This document shows positions 55,638 through 64,000 of a stretch of 64,000 bases of DNA, in pieces. Both the position numbers and the translations under genes were made by a program. Origin of the DNA: an uncultured Rhodobacteraceae bacterium (lineage in GTDB: Bacteria; Pseudomonadota; Alphaproteobacteria; Rhodobacterales; Rhodobacteraceae); assembly GCA_951812305.1 (NCBI GenBank), contig CATOSB010000012.1:145591-209590 (forward strand). The letters are read 5' to 3'. How positions within the stretch are numbered: the first letter of the stretch is position 1; every line of letters begins with the position of its first letter. The notes under the pieces were generated by a model. The model was not told where the DNA came from and did no database searches. It saw only the letters and a program-made list of their open reading frames with translations.

Positions 55638-57220
55638 ATGGATATCGGAACCGTATCACTCGTCCTATTGCTGGGGATGCTCGTTCTCCTCGCAATTGGC
55701 ATGCCACTGGGCTTTGCTTCGGGCTTTCTGGCCGTCGTCGTCATGGTCATGAAGTTCGGACCGGATCTGATTTTCAACGACTTTGGCACCGGGCCGCTCA
55801 ACATTCTCGGCAAACGTATCTACGGGATTATGACGAGTTACGTCCTGGTATCGGTCCCGCTATTCATATTCATGGCCAATTTGCTGGAGAGATCCGGCAT
55901 CGCCAGGGACATGTACTCGACCCTCGAACGCTGGATGAACAAGACCCGCGGTGGTATCGCAGTGGTAACCGCCCTGATGGCCGTCGTCATGGCCGCCATG
56001 TCGGGCATCATCGGCGGTGAGGTGGTTCTGCTGGGCCTGATCGCACTGCCGCAGATGTTGCGGTTGGGCTATAACCAGAACCTTGCCATCGGCACGATCT
56101 GTGCATCGGGTTCGCTGGGCACGATGATCCCACCTTCCATCGTCTTGATTTTCTATGGCCTGATCACGGAAACATCGATCCACGCAATGTTCCAGGCAGC
56201 GTTTGTGCCGGGCTTCATTCTTGCAGGCTGCTACATCGCCTACATCTTAATCCGCACAAATTTGCAGCCGGAACTGGCCCCGCTGCCGGAACCATCCGAG
56301 GACGACCTGACTGGCAAGCAAAAGCGTGTCTATGGCCTCGCCCTAATTGCTATGGTCATTGGTGCAGCCGCCGCAATCATGTGTCTGCGCGCCGTGTTCT
56401 ACAACACAATCGGAACGCCGCAAGTTGATACAGGCAAGATCAGCGGAAGCTTCCTGCTCGGATCCGCGGCATTGGCGATTGCACTTGGCGCATTCCTCTA
56501 CTTCGTGATTGGCCCGAAACAGTCCAAATCGGCATGGGACAATGGCAAGGGCATGGTCGCGCCGCTGCTGATCGTCTTCGTCGTGCTTGGGTCCATCTAT
56601 GGCGGCATTACCGGGATCACCGAAGCCGCGGGCATCGGATCCGTCGCTGTCTTGCTGCTGATCATTCTGCGCGGAGAGTTTTCCTGGACATTGCTGCGTG
56701 AGGCCTCGATGAGGACGTTCAAATCCACCGGGACAATCATGTGGGTGACGCTTGGTGCAACGGCGCTTGCCGGCGCCTACACCATTGCAGGCGGTCCGAC
56801 ATATGTGGCCAACCTGATCGTCGGTATGGATATGCCGACGCTGGGTATCCTATTGATTATGATGCTCGTCTTCCTCTTCATGGGGGCGTTCATGGACTGG
56901 ACAGGGATCGTCCTGCTGGTCATGCCGGTGTTCCTGCCCATCGTTCTGAAGCTTCCGCGCGAAGAGCTTGGTCTCTTTGGCGGGCTTGAAACCCAGCTTG
57001 CGGTGCAGGTCTGGTTTGGGGTTCTGTTCTGTGTGAACATGCAGGTCAGTTTCCTGTCGCCACCCTTTGGCGGCGCGGCGTTCTACCTGAAATCAGTGGC
57101 CCCGCCACACATCACCCTGCCGGACATCTTCAAAGCTTCCTGCCGTTTATTGGCATCCAGCTGTTTGTCTTGATGCTGATCCTGTTCGTGCCACAGATCA
57201 CCACGCTATTCCTCCACTGA
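55638..57220 (+). pseudogene. dctM: TRAP large permease with 1-bp deletion near the 3' end
   Basis: SVPLFIFMA, GSLGTMIPPS, SFLSPPFG; expected DIFKGFLPFIGIQL..FLH* continues in another frame from about 57135 to TGA 57220. Confidence 0.85.
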
Positions 57221-57230
57221 CGGGCACGCC

Positions 57231-57262
57231 GGCCCCCGCGAGCAATCGCGGGGGTCTTTTTC
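57231..57262 (+). terminator. Intrinsic terminator after dctM
   Basis: GGCCCCCGCGA-GCAA-TCGCGGGGGTC followed by TTTTT. Confidence 0.8.
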
Positions 57263-57323
57263 CATACCCGCAATGCACGGATGAGGAATCGAACGACTGC
57301 GCTGTAAGCGATCCCGGCAATCC

Positions 57324-57764
57324 TATGACCAGGCACCCGACGCGACAACTTCATCTCCGGCTTGATTGAAGACACCGGCATCGCCCACGCCCACGTTATT
57401 TGCTATTGCAGACCGTTCAACCACGCCATTGAAGCCGTCGCTTGATTCTCAATAACGGTCAGCAGACGCTTTGGGCACGCCACAAAGGCAGGGCCTCCTG
57501 CCTTTCCAGATCGTGGAAATAGCTTTGAACAGCGGGCTCGAAATCCGCCCTCATGTGCGTGTTTGATTGACGGTTTGGGGTGGCTTTCTGCGTTGCCACA
57601 AATGTAGTGCTTCGGGCGCGGGTGCCTCCCGTCGCTTTAACGCTAAAGCCTGCTGCTCCCGCGAGGTCCACTTCGTCCCGCGTTTCTCCGTTTGTTACGA
57701 CCGCGGCAAAAAGGCAGATTGGGTTTCGCTGATGTTTGTCCCAATGAATGGCCGCAATAGACAA
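57324..57764 (-). pseudogene. Degraded hypothetical gene
   Basis: 101-aa ORF appears to continue after a frameshift and stop as GVPKASADRY*ESSDGFNGVVERS..GAWS*. Confidence 0.35.
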
Positions 57765-57862
57765 ATTCGCCGCGCCGCCGTAAATCGCATGCTGCGCGAG
57801 CGAAGTGTTTTTGCACCAGCATTAGATTCGACTGCAAAAGTCCGCTTTGTCCTGTGTGGATG

Positions 57863-59227
57863 TATATGGACCCCGCCTAATTGCAACGGTCTGTTTGGTC
57901 TGGTTCAGGATCACGATTGCTGACGTATATCCGGCTTCTGTGAGCGGCCCGATGCATCGTCACCGCGAGCCCCGATGGATTTCCGCTTGCTTCCCCCTCA
58001 TTGGCTCCAAGGCATCAGCTTTGCTGTGCCGATCCACACACCAGGTTCAAGAAGCAACGGGTCGTGTCGTTATCACCATCCCATGCCAATTTGCTGCAAT
58101 ATTCTGGGGCGTCCTTCCGTCTTAGCTTTTCGTTATTGTCTTAGGTCGGGACGGCGGGTTGATATTCTGCACCATCTGACAGGACTGACCAAACGATCCT
58201 GGCGTTCTTGTTGGCGAGCGCGACAGCAACCACATTTGGGTGTCGCCTGTCGCGCATCCGTTCGATCCACAGACTTCTCGCGTCTGTTTTGCCACCTGCC
58301 TTCCGAAGAACTGCACGAGCGCCATGGATCATTAAGGTACGCAAGTATCGGTCTCCGCGTTTGCTGATCCCAAACAGGCGGGATTTGCCGCCACTGGATC
58401 GTTGTTTGGGAACAAGCCCAAGCCACGCAGCAAATTGCCGTCCGTTCTTGAAGCACGTCCGGTCACCAACAGCGGCAACCAGCGCCGTCGCCGTTATCGG
58501 CCCGATCCCCTCGATCTTACCAATACGCTGGCACATCTTGTTGGACCGAAAGAGGTCTCGGATGCGCTTTGTGTAAGCTGCAATGCGTTGATCCAATTCA
58601 TTGAGTTCTTCGCGCACGTCGCAGACCAATTCGATGAGCATCGCGCCCAGCATGTGATCGCCGTCGGCAATCTGCGACAAAGCAAGCCGGATCCTTGAGA
58701 TGTCTCGGGCGACGACCAGGCCGTGCTCAGCCAACAGCCCCCGGATCTGGTTCACCAACCTGGTCCGATCTGACACCAGCCTCTGGCGGATTCGATGAAC
58801 GGCCTGGATCTCAAGCTGTTCCGCGGACTTGACTGGTACGAAGCGCATCGAAGGTCTGCTGATGGCCTCGCAAATCGCTTCGGCATCATTCCGGTCGTTC
58901 TTGTTGGATTTGACATAGGGCGTCACAAACTGCGGTGAGATCAGACGAACTTCGTGGCCAAGATCTGCAAAGACCTTGGCCCAATAATGCGAACCGCTAC
59001 AAGCCTCCATCCCAACTATGCAGGGCGGGATGTCAGCGAAGAACTGGGTGACGGCATCACGTCGCAGTGTCTTTTTCAGAACCGCTTTGTCCTGAGCATC
59101 CACGCCGTGGACCTCAAAGACGTTCTTTGCCAAGTCCAAACCAATTCGCACAATTTCCATGATATGTCTCCTTGCTTTGCAAATGCCCAATCGTCGCCGC
59201 CCGAGGGTGGCGGGGTCCATACCATTG
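57863..59227 (-). mobile_element. IS110-family (IS1111-type) element 2, inserted in the end of another IS1111 element
   Basis: Transposase 58141-59160 (GLDLAK, MEAC, KNDRNDAEAI, GLVPKQRSSGG); 12-bp sub-terminal IRs ATGGACCCCGCC; TG core at both junctions. Confidence 0.93.
57878..58140 (-). ncRNA. Putative bridge/seek RNA of IS1111 element 2
   Basis: TGGCTCC (58002-58008) equals 59226-59232; ATCCACACA (58032-58040) is the reverse complement of 57853-57861; boundaries approximate. Confidence 0.78.
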
Positions 59228-59450
59228 GCTCCTGCAAAGCACGACTTTTGTGAGTTTATTGGCGGTTTTTCAGAAGCGGTCTTGTGTCCGGCCTGTTTGC
59301 GCGGTGCACATGACCGCTGGCCCTGATGGTTTCAGCGACCCAAGTCCCCATCCTCGCAAACGGACATGGATTGTCCGGGACAAAGCCCGGGTATCTTGGG
59401 ATTGCGGCTGACTCATTTGCCATCACTTCGTTGGTCTTGTTATTTCAGTT
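59228..59450 (-). ncRNA. Orphan bridge/seek-RNA-like region of a third IS1111 element (transposase absent)
   Basis: Shares GTGTCCGGCCT and GGCCCT.ATGG scaffold with element 1; GGACAAAGC (59378-59386) is the reverse complement of GCTTTGTCC (57844-57852). Confidence 0.7.
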
Positions 59451-59767
59451 ACTCCCTTTGCTCTTCGTCGTATTTCTCTTTGGTGCATTGCCAGCAACCT
59501 TGGGGGATTTCAGAACAACAGCTCCGTGCATTGTTCCATTTCGGGAAGTCCGGTCAGGTAAGGCAACACGCTAGCCGCAATGCCATTCGAGACAACAATA
59601 TGGTTGATAGGATTCAATCAATACCAAATGAGTGGTTCATCCTACCCTTTGGTCAACACGCTACATCGGCCAATTTGAAATGGGAAATATTCACCGCGAC
59701 TTGTCTTCTAGTTCCTTCAGCGAGATCCAAGCTGCCAATCTTCTTGAATCTTGTCTGACGTCGGGAC

Positions 59768-60010
59768 CTAATCAATCTTTTCAATTCTGCAGACATTGTC
59801 CCCAACCGGAATGTCGTCGCCTTCATCGGCAACGTGTTCCAGCATGACCCCGTTGCAGGGTGCCTCGTATTCGTTGGTGACCTTTTCGGTTTCCACGTCA
59901 TACAGAATATCACCCTCTTTGAAGGCCTCTCCCGGTTGCACGCGCCAGGCGACGAGCGTGCCTTCCTCCATGTTCATGCCGATACGCGGCATTTTCAGGG
60001 CGACTTTCAT
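59768..60010 (-). CDS. Stand-alone lipoyl/biotinyl carrier domain protein
   Basis: MPRIGMNMEEG.LV.W and VETEKV lipoyl-lysine motif; 80 aa with own stop. Confidence 0.88.
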   Translation of the reverse strand: MKVALKMPRIGMNMEEGTLVAWRVQPGEAFKEGDILYDVETEKVTNEYEAPCNGVMLEHVADEGDDIPVGDNVCRIEKID

Positions 60011-60013
60011 GGC

Positions 60014-61000
60014 TCAGGTCTCCTCGACGAAAGATTTTCCAAGAACCTGCCCAACTGCTTCAGTGATGCTGGCTTCATTCGGCAGCAGAGCCTTTTCGAG
60101 CGGCGGTGAATAGGGCATGGCGACATCCGGCACCGTGACCCGGCGGATGGGGGCCTTGAGCGCTTCGAACGCCTGATCCGCACAGACGGCGGCGATATGG
60201 GACGCGGCAGAACACAAGTCCCGCGCCTCGTCGACCACGACCAAACTTCCGGTTTTGCGCACTGATGCGAGAATTGTATCTGTGTCGAGCGGGACGACCG
60301 TGCGCGGGTCGATCAGATCGACGCCAACCCCTTGCTTCGCCAGCTTTTGAGCGGCTCGCAGCGCCGGACGGACCATCGCGCCGATGGCCACCATCGTAAC
60401 ATCGTCGCCTTCATGTGGCTTGGACGCCTTGCCCAACTCGACGATATGATCGCCATCTGGAACCTCACCGCTCTCACCACCACGGCCAGCAGCCTGCAGA
60501 AACATCACCGGGTTCGGGTCATGGATGGAAGCCCTGAGCAAACCCATCGCATCCGCCGGTGTTGCCGGCAGCGCGACCTTAATCCCGCCAAGATTCATGA
60601 ACATCGGGTGCATCGCATCAGAATGCTGCGCGGCAGCGGACCTTCCCCCTCCAAAGACGCCCATATAGACAATCGGCAGGGAAATTTGGCCGGCGGTCAT
60701 ATAACGCAGCTTGCTGGCCTGGTTCGCGATGCTGTCAAACCCGGTGTACATGAAATTGCCAAACATCATGTGGCAGATGACCTTGTACCCCGCCGCCGCG
60801 GCACCGACGGCCATACCGCTCATCACGGTTTCAGAAATTGGCATGTTGCGGACACGGGTGCCGAATTTCTCTTTCAGCCCGCGCGTGTCGCCGAAAAGGC
60901 TGATCTCAACATCCTCACCAAAGACGACGATCTTTTCGTCTTTTGCCATCTCGCTGTGCAGCGTTTCGTTGATGGCCTGGATCATGCGTTTCTTTGCCAT
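60014..61000 (-). CDS. 2-oxoacid/acetoin dehydrogenase E1 beta subunit
   Basis: GEDV, NMPISE, AAQHS, IDPRTVVPLD. Confidence 0.92.
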   Translation of the reverse strand: MAKKRMIQAINETLHSEMAKDEKIVVFGEDVEISLFGDTRGLKEKFGTRVRNMPISETVMSGMAVGAAAAGYKVICHMMFGNFMYTGFDSIANQASKLRYMTAGQISLPIVYMGVFGGGRSAAAQHSDAMHPMFMNLGGIKVALPATPADAMGLLRASIHDPNPVMFLQAAGRGGESGEVPDGDHIVELGKASKPHEGDDVTMVAIGAMVRPALRAAQKLAKQGVGVDLIDPRTVVPLDTDTILASVRKTGSLVVVDEARDLCSAASHIAAVCADQAFEALKAPIRRVTVPDVAMPYSPPLEKALLPNEASITEAVGQVLGKSFVEET

Positions 61001-61014
61001 TGTTCAGACCCTCT

Positions 61015-62001
61015 TCAAGCAAACATCAGGTTGGTGCCCTGATCGGCAGGGTCGGGGAAAGGCGAGGCCTCGGCAAAGGCGACAGCTTCGGCGACTTCCG
61101 CCATGATCTCGGCCTCGATCCGGTCGATATCGGCTTGGGTGCCCTGTTCGGCATCGAGGATACGTTTGGCGAAGGCCGGGATCGGATCGCGTTCCATCCA
61201 TGCCGCCACTTCTTCATCGCTGCGATATTTCGCGCCCAGAAAAGAAGCCTCTGCTTCCACATGGCCGCGCTGGCGATAGGTGCGGGCCTCGATCAATGTT
61301 GGGCCGTCTCCATCACGTGCCCGTTTTATCGCCCGGGCTGCGCATTGATGAACCGCGATCAGGTCATTTCCGTCCACCGCTTCATTTGCGGCGCCATAGG
61401 GTTTCGCCCGGTCAACGATTGCACCTGCTGTCACCGTTGAAGACGGCGAAAATTCAGAAAATCCATTGTTTTCGCAGACAAAAATCACAGGCAAATTCCA
61501 AAGGACCGCGGCATTCAGCGCCTCGCAAAGGACACCCTGATTGGCTGCCCCATCCCCGAAAAAGGCCACGCCAACCGCGCCCTTTCCATCGAGTTGCGCG
61601 GCCCATGCCGCACCGGTGGTGATCGAAATCCCCGCGCCAACGATCCCGTTGGCCCCGATAATTCCTTTGGAGAAATCCGCCACGTGCATGGATCCGCCGT
61701 GCCCCTTGCACATGCCGGTTTCGCGCCCATAAATCTCGGCCATCAGCAGTTTGCTGTCGCCCCCTTTGGCCAGATAGTGCCCATGGCCCCGGTGCGTCGA
61801 CGCGATCCAGTCGTCGTCGCCTAGTTGAGAACAAAACCCCACACCGACGGCTTCTTGCCCGATATAAAGGTGAACCGCGCCGGGGATATTGCCCGCCTTC
61901 GCGTCCTTGCCGATCTGTTCCTCGACACGGCGAATGCGCAGCATATCACGATAGAATCCCAACATCTGTTCATTGGAAAAATTGGTGTCACGCGTTGTCA
62001 T
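61015..62001 (-). CDS. ThDP-dependent dehydrogenase E1 alpha subunit
   Basis: HLYIGQEA, STHRGHGH, GGSMH, FGDGAANQG..ENN; GGAGG RBS before ATG 62001. Confidence 0.93.
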   Translation of the reverse strand: MTTRDTNFSNEQMLGFYRDMLRIRRVEEQIGKDAKAGNIPGAVHLYIGQEAVGVGFCSQLGDDDWIASTHRGHGHYLAKGGDSKLLMAEIYGRETGMCKGHGGSMHVADFSKGIIGANGIVGAGISITTGAAWAAQLDGKGAVGVAFFGDGAANQGVLCEALNAAVLWNLPVIFVCENNGFSEFSPSSTVTAGAIVDRAKPYGAANEAVDGNDLIAVHQCAARAIKRARDGDGPTLIEARTYRQRGHVEAEASFLGAKYRSDEEVAAWMERDPIPAFAKRILDAEQGTQADIDRIEAEIMAEVAEAVAFAEASPFPDPADQGTNLMFA

Positions 62002-62035
62002 GTGTCCTCCGTCAGGTCGTGGGATGTGGGCTGCG

Positions 62036-63166
62036 TCACAGCGCATCCGCAAATTCGTCAAGGGCTGTTGGGTCCGGCGCGAACACCAGCCCGGGCGTGG
62101 TCGGCAATTCAACCAGCCCATCGCAAATGTTTATGGTGTCACCGCACAGCCGGTCGCGCAGCGGGTTTTCGTTGACATCCACTTCGCAGACCGAAGTTTC
62201 CCCGATGGCACCGGATATCGACAACGCCGCGATCTGCCCGATCGCCGTGCCCATAAAGTGCGGCCAAAGGATGACACCGTCCGGCAGCGCCTTTGCCAGG
62301 TCGAGCCCGCCAGTCAAACCGCCCCATTTGGCGACATCGGGTTGAACGACCCGCAAACCGGCATCGATCATCGAAAGGAAGTTCTCGATACCGTAAATGT
62401 TCTCGCCACCTGCCAGGGGAATTTCTGTTGACTTGGCCAGTTCTTCCCAAGCGGCCTGCGGCGCATTTGCCGGAATGGGTTCTTCGGCAAAGAACGGAGA
62501 GAATTCCTGAATGGATTGAAGGCACGATTTGGCTTGCTTTAGATTCCAGGCCTGATTGCTGTCGATCATGATGCGGGCACCGTCCGGGCAAAGCCGCGCG
62601 GCCCGGGCAACGATTTCACGATTGCCATGTTCGGCAAATCCGACCTTCAGCTTGAAATGGCGCTGCCCCAAGCCTGCATGTTTTGGAATTAGTCGCTCAA
62701 GGTCTTCGGCATTGATCGAAGTCGCGTAGCTTTGCACCGCAGGCGACGCGAGGCTCATGAACTCCGCGAAAGACTGCCCCTGACTTCGCAACGCCAGGTC
62801 CCAAAGTGCGGTGTCGATCCCAGCCAGAATATGTTCAAAGACTTCGCTTTGCCCGACATGCAGGAAGTAGACTGATAACTGCTGACGGAGGGCGTGGTTG
62901 ACTTCGCGCGGTTCAACGAAAGATTGCCCCTGAAGCCGCGGTGCAATGACATCTTCGATGATGTGGGCTTTGTGAATATTTGCCCGTGGTGGGAAGTTCG
63001 CCCAAACCTCGCCCCAACCAAAGCTGCCATGGGTGTCTTCGATCCTCACCAGCAGCGCAGGGCGCGTGGGCATCATACCAAGCGCCATTTTTGGCGACAC
63101 ACCCCCCGTTGCCCGGATTGGGTAAACGCCGATATTGGCGATGGATATGGAGTGGCGAAAGTTCAA
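62036..63166 (-). CDS. Mandelate racemase/muconate lactonizing enolase-superfamily protein
   Basis: GIDTALWDL, KLKVG, IDSNQ, EEP, GGEN, QPDVAKWGG, PH. Confidence 0.88.
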   Translation of the reverse strand: MNFRHSISIANIGVYPIRATGGVSPKMALGMMPTRPALLVRIEDTHGSFGWGEVWANFPPRANIHKAHIIEDVIAPRLQGQSFVEPREVNHALRQQLSVYFLHVGQSEVFEHILAGIDTALWDLALRSQGQSFAEFMSLASPAVQSYATSINAEDLERLIPKHAGLGQRHFKLKVGFAEHGNREIVARAARLCPDGARIMIDSNQAWNLKQAKSCLQSIQEFSPFFAEEPIPANAPQAAWEELAKSTEIPLAGGENIYGIENFLSMIDAGLRVVQPDVAKWGGLTGGLDLAKALPDGVILWPHFMGTAIGQIAALSISGAIGETSVCEVDVNENPLRDRLCGDTINICDGLVELPTTPGLVFAPDPTALDEFADAL

Positions 63167-63168
63167 CG

Positions 63169-64000
63169 TTAATACGCAATATAAGCAGAGTGTTCAGACG
63201 AGTAGAAATTGACCGCTGTCGGACCAACAGAATAGGCACCCACGCCGGAATTCTTTATACCACCAAACGGCATGTTATTGTCCGGCACAGTGCCGTGATT
63301 GACGTGGATCATGCCGTTCTGGCTTTCGGCCAGGAAGCGCTGGATCAGGTCGTTGCGGTTTGAAAACAGTGCCGAGGTCAGGCCGAATTCGGTGCCGTTC
63401 AGTATCTCCATCGCCTGATCAAACGTGTCGTATTCGATGACGGAAAGGACCGGGCCGAAGATCTCTTCCTGACCGGCGATTGATTGGTGCTGAACATTGC
63501 CGAGGATTGTCGGACGGTAATAATATCCATCCTCTGGCCGGTTCGGCGCGGACCCACCGGCGAGCGGCTTGGCGCCCTCGCCAATTGCGCGCTCGGTCAC
63601 CGCGCAAACGTCGTTCAAATGCGGCAGGTTGCACAAGGGCCCAATTTCGCTGTCTTCTTCCAGCCCCGGCCCCATCTTCATCGCGTTGACCTTGGCCGTC
63701 AGAATGTCTTTGGTTTCTGCGGCGAGGTCCGTTCGCACCAGAACTCGGCTGATGGCGGTACAGCGCTGACCTGATGTCATGAAGGCCGCACCCATGATCT
63801 GGGTCAGCGCGCCCTCCAGATCATCGGTGTCGTTCAGAATCGCGCCGTTCTTGCCACCCAGTTCAAGCTGTACCGGGATCAGGTTCTGCGCGGCGGCCGC
63901 ATAGACCAGCTTGCCGGTCGGGACAGAGCCGGTGAAGCTGACCCCGTGGATGTCGCCGTTGGCCACCACCTCGCTGGCGGCGCGGCCGCCGATCATTGCA
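63169..64000 (-). CDS. Aldehyde dehydrogenase, C-terminal part (runs off window)
   Basis: SFTGS, LELGGKN, SGQRCTA, EEIFGPV, PFGGIKNSG. Confidence 0.93.
   Translation of the reverse strand, partial: AMIGGRAASEVVANGDIHGVSFTGSVPTGKLVYAAAAQNLIPVQLELGGKNGAILNDTDDLEGALTQIMGAAFMTSGQRCTAISRVLVRTDLAAETKDILTAKVNAMKMGPGLEEDSEIGPLCNLPHLNDVCAVTERAIGEGAKPLAGGSAPNRPEDGYYYRPTILGNVQHQSIAGQEEIFGPVLSVIEYDTFDQAMEILNGTEFGLTSALFSNRNDLIQRFLAESQNGMIHVNHGTVPDNNMPFGGIKNSGVGAYSVGPTAVNFYSSEHSAYIAY

Overview
GC-rich alphaproteobacterial (Rhodobacteraceae-like) chromosomal window undergoing a recent insertion-sequence burst. About 20 IS copies or remnants from 7 families (IS66, three IS630 types, IS4-like, IS982, IS110/IS1111, IS1595, IS3) make up roughly 23-24 kb by my coordinate tally, with nesting, adjacent deletions and many pseudogenes. 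Intact housekeeping genes include fadH, sfsA, leuB, LysR regulators, an OmpA-family gene and tRNA-Pro(CGG). After the tRNA lies a decayed integrative-element remnant, then a decaying D-apionate catabolic cluster (TRAP, ApnO, OiaK, RuBisCO-like protein, LerI/DerI, tkt/tal/fba/fbp) and an E1alpha/E1beta/stand-alone-lipoyl/enolase/ALDH cluster. The strongest signal is three IS1111-type non-coding regions whose putative guide segments match their own insertion flanks on opposite strands. One element (57863-59227) carries guides for, and sits in, the sub-terminal repeat of another IS1111 element, which survives only as an orphan guide-RNA region. Other unusual points are IS630 elements with 3-bp TNA duplications, a conserved -1 recoding site near the IS4-like transposase C-terminus, passenger genes in IS982 and IS1595, and GANTC clustering at transposase promoters. 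All calls are from visual inspection with no database searches.
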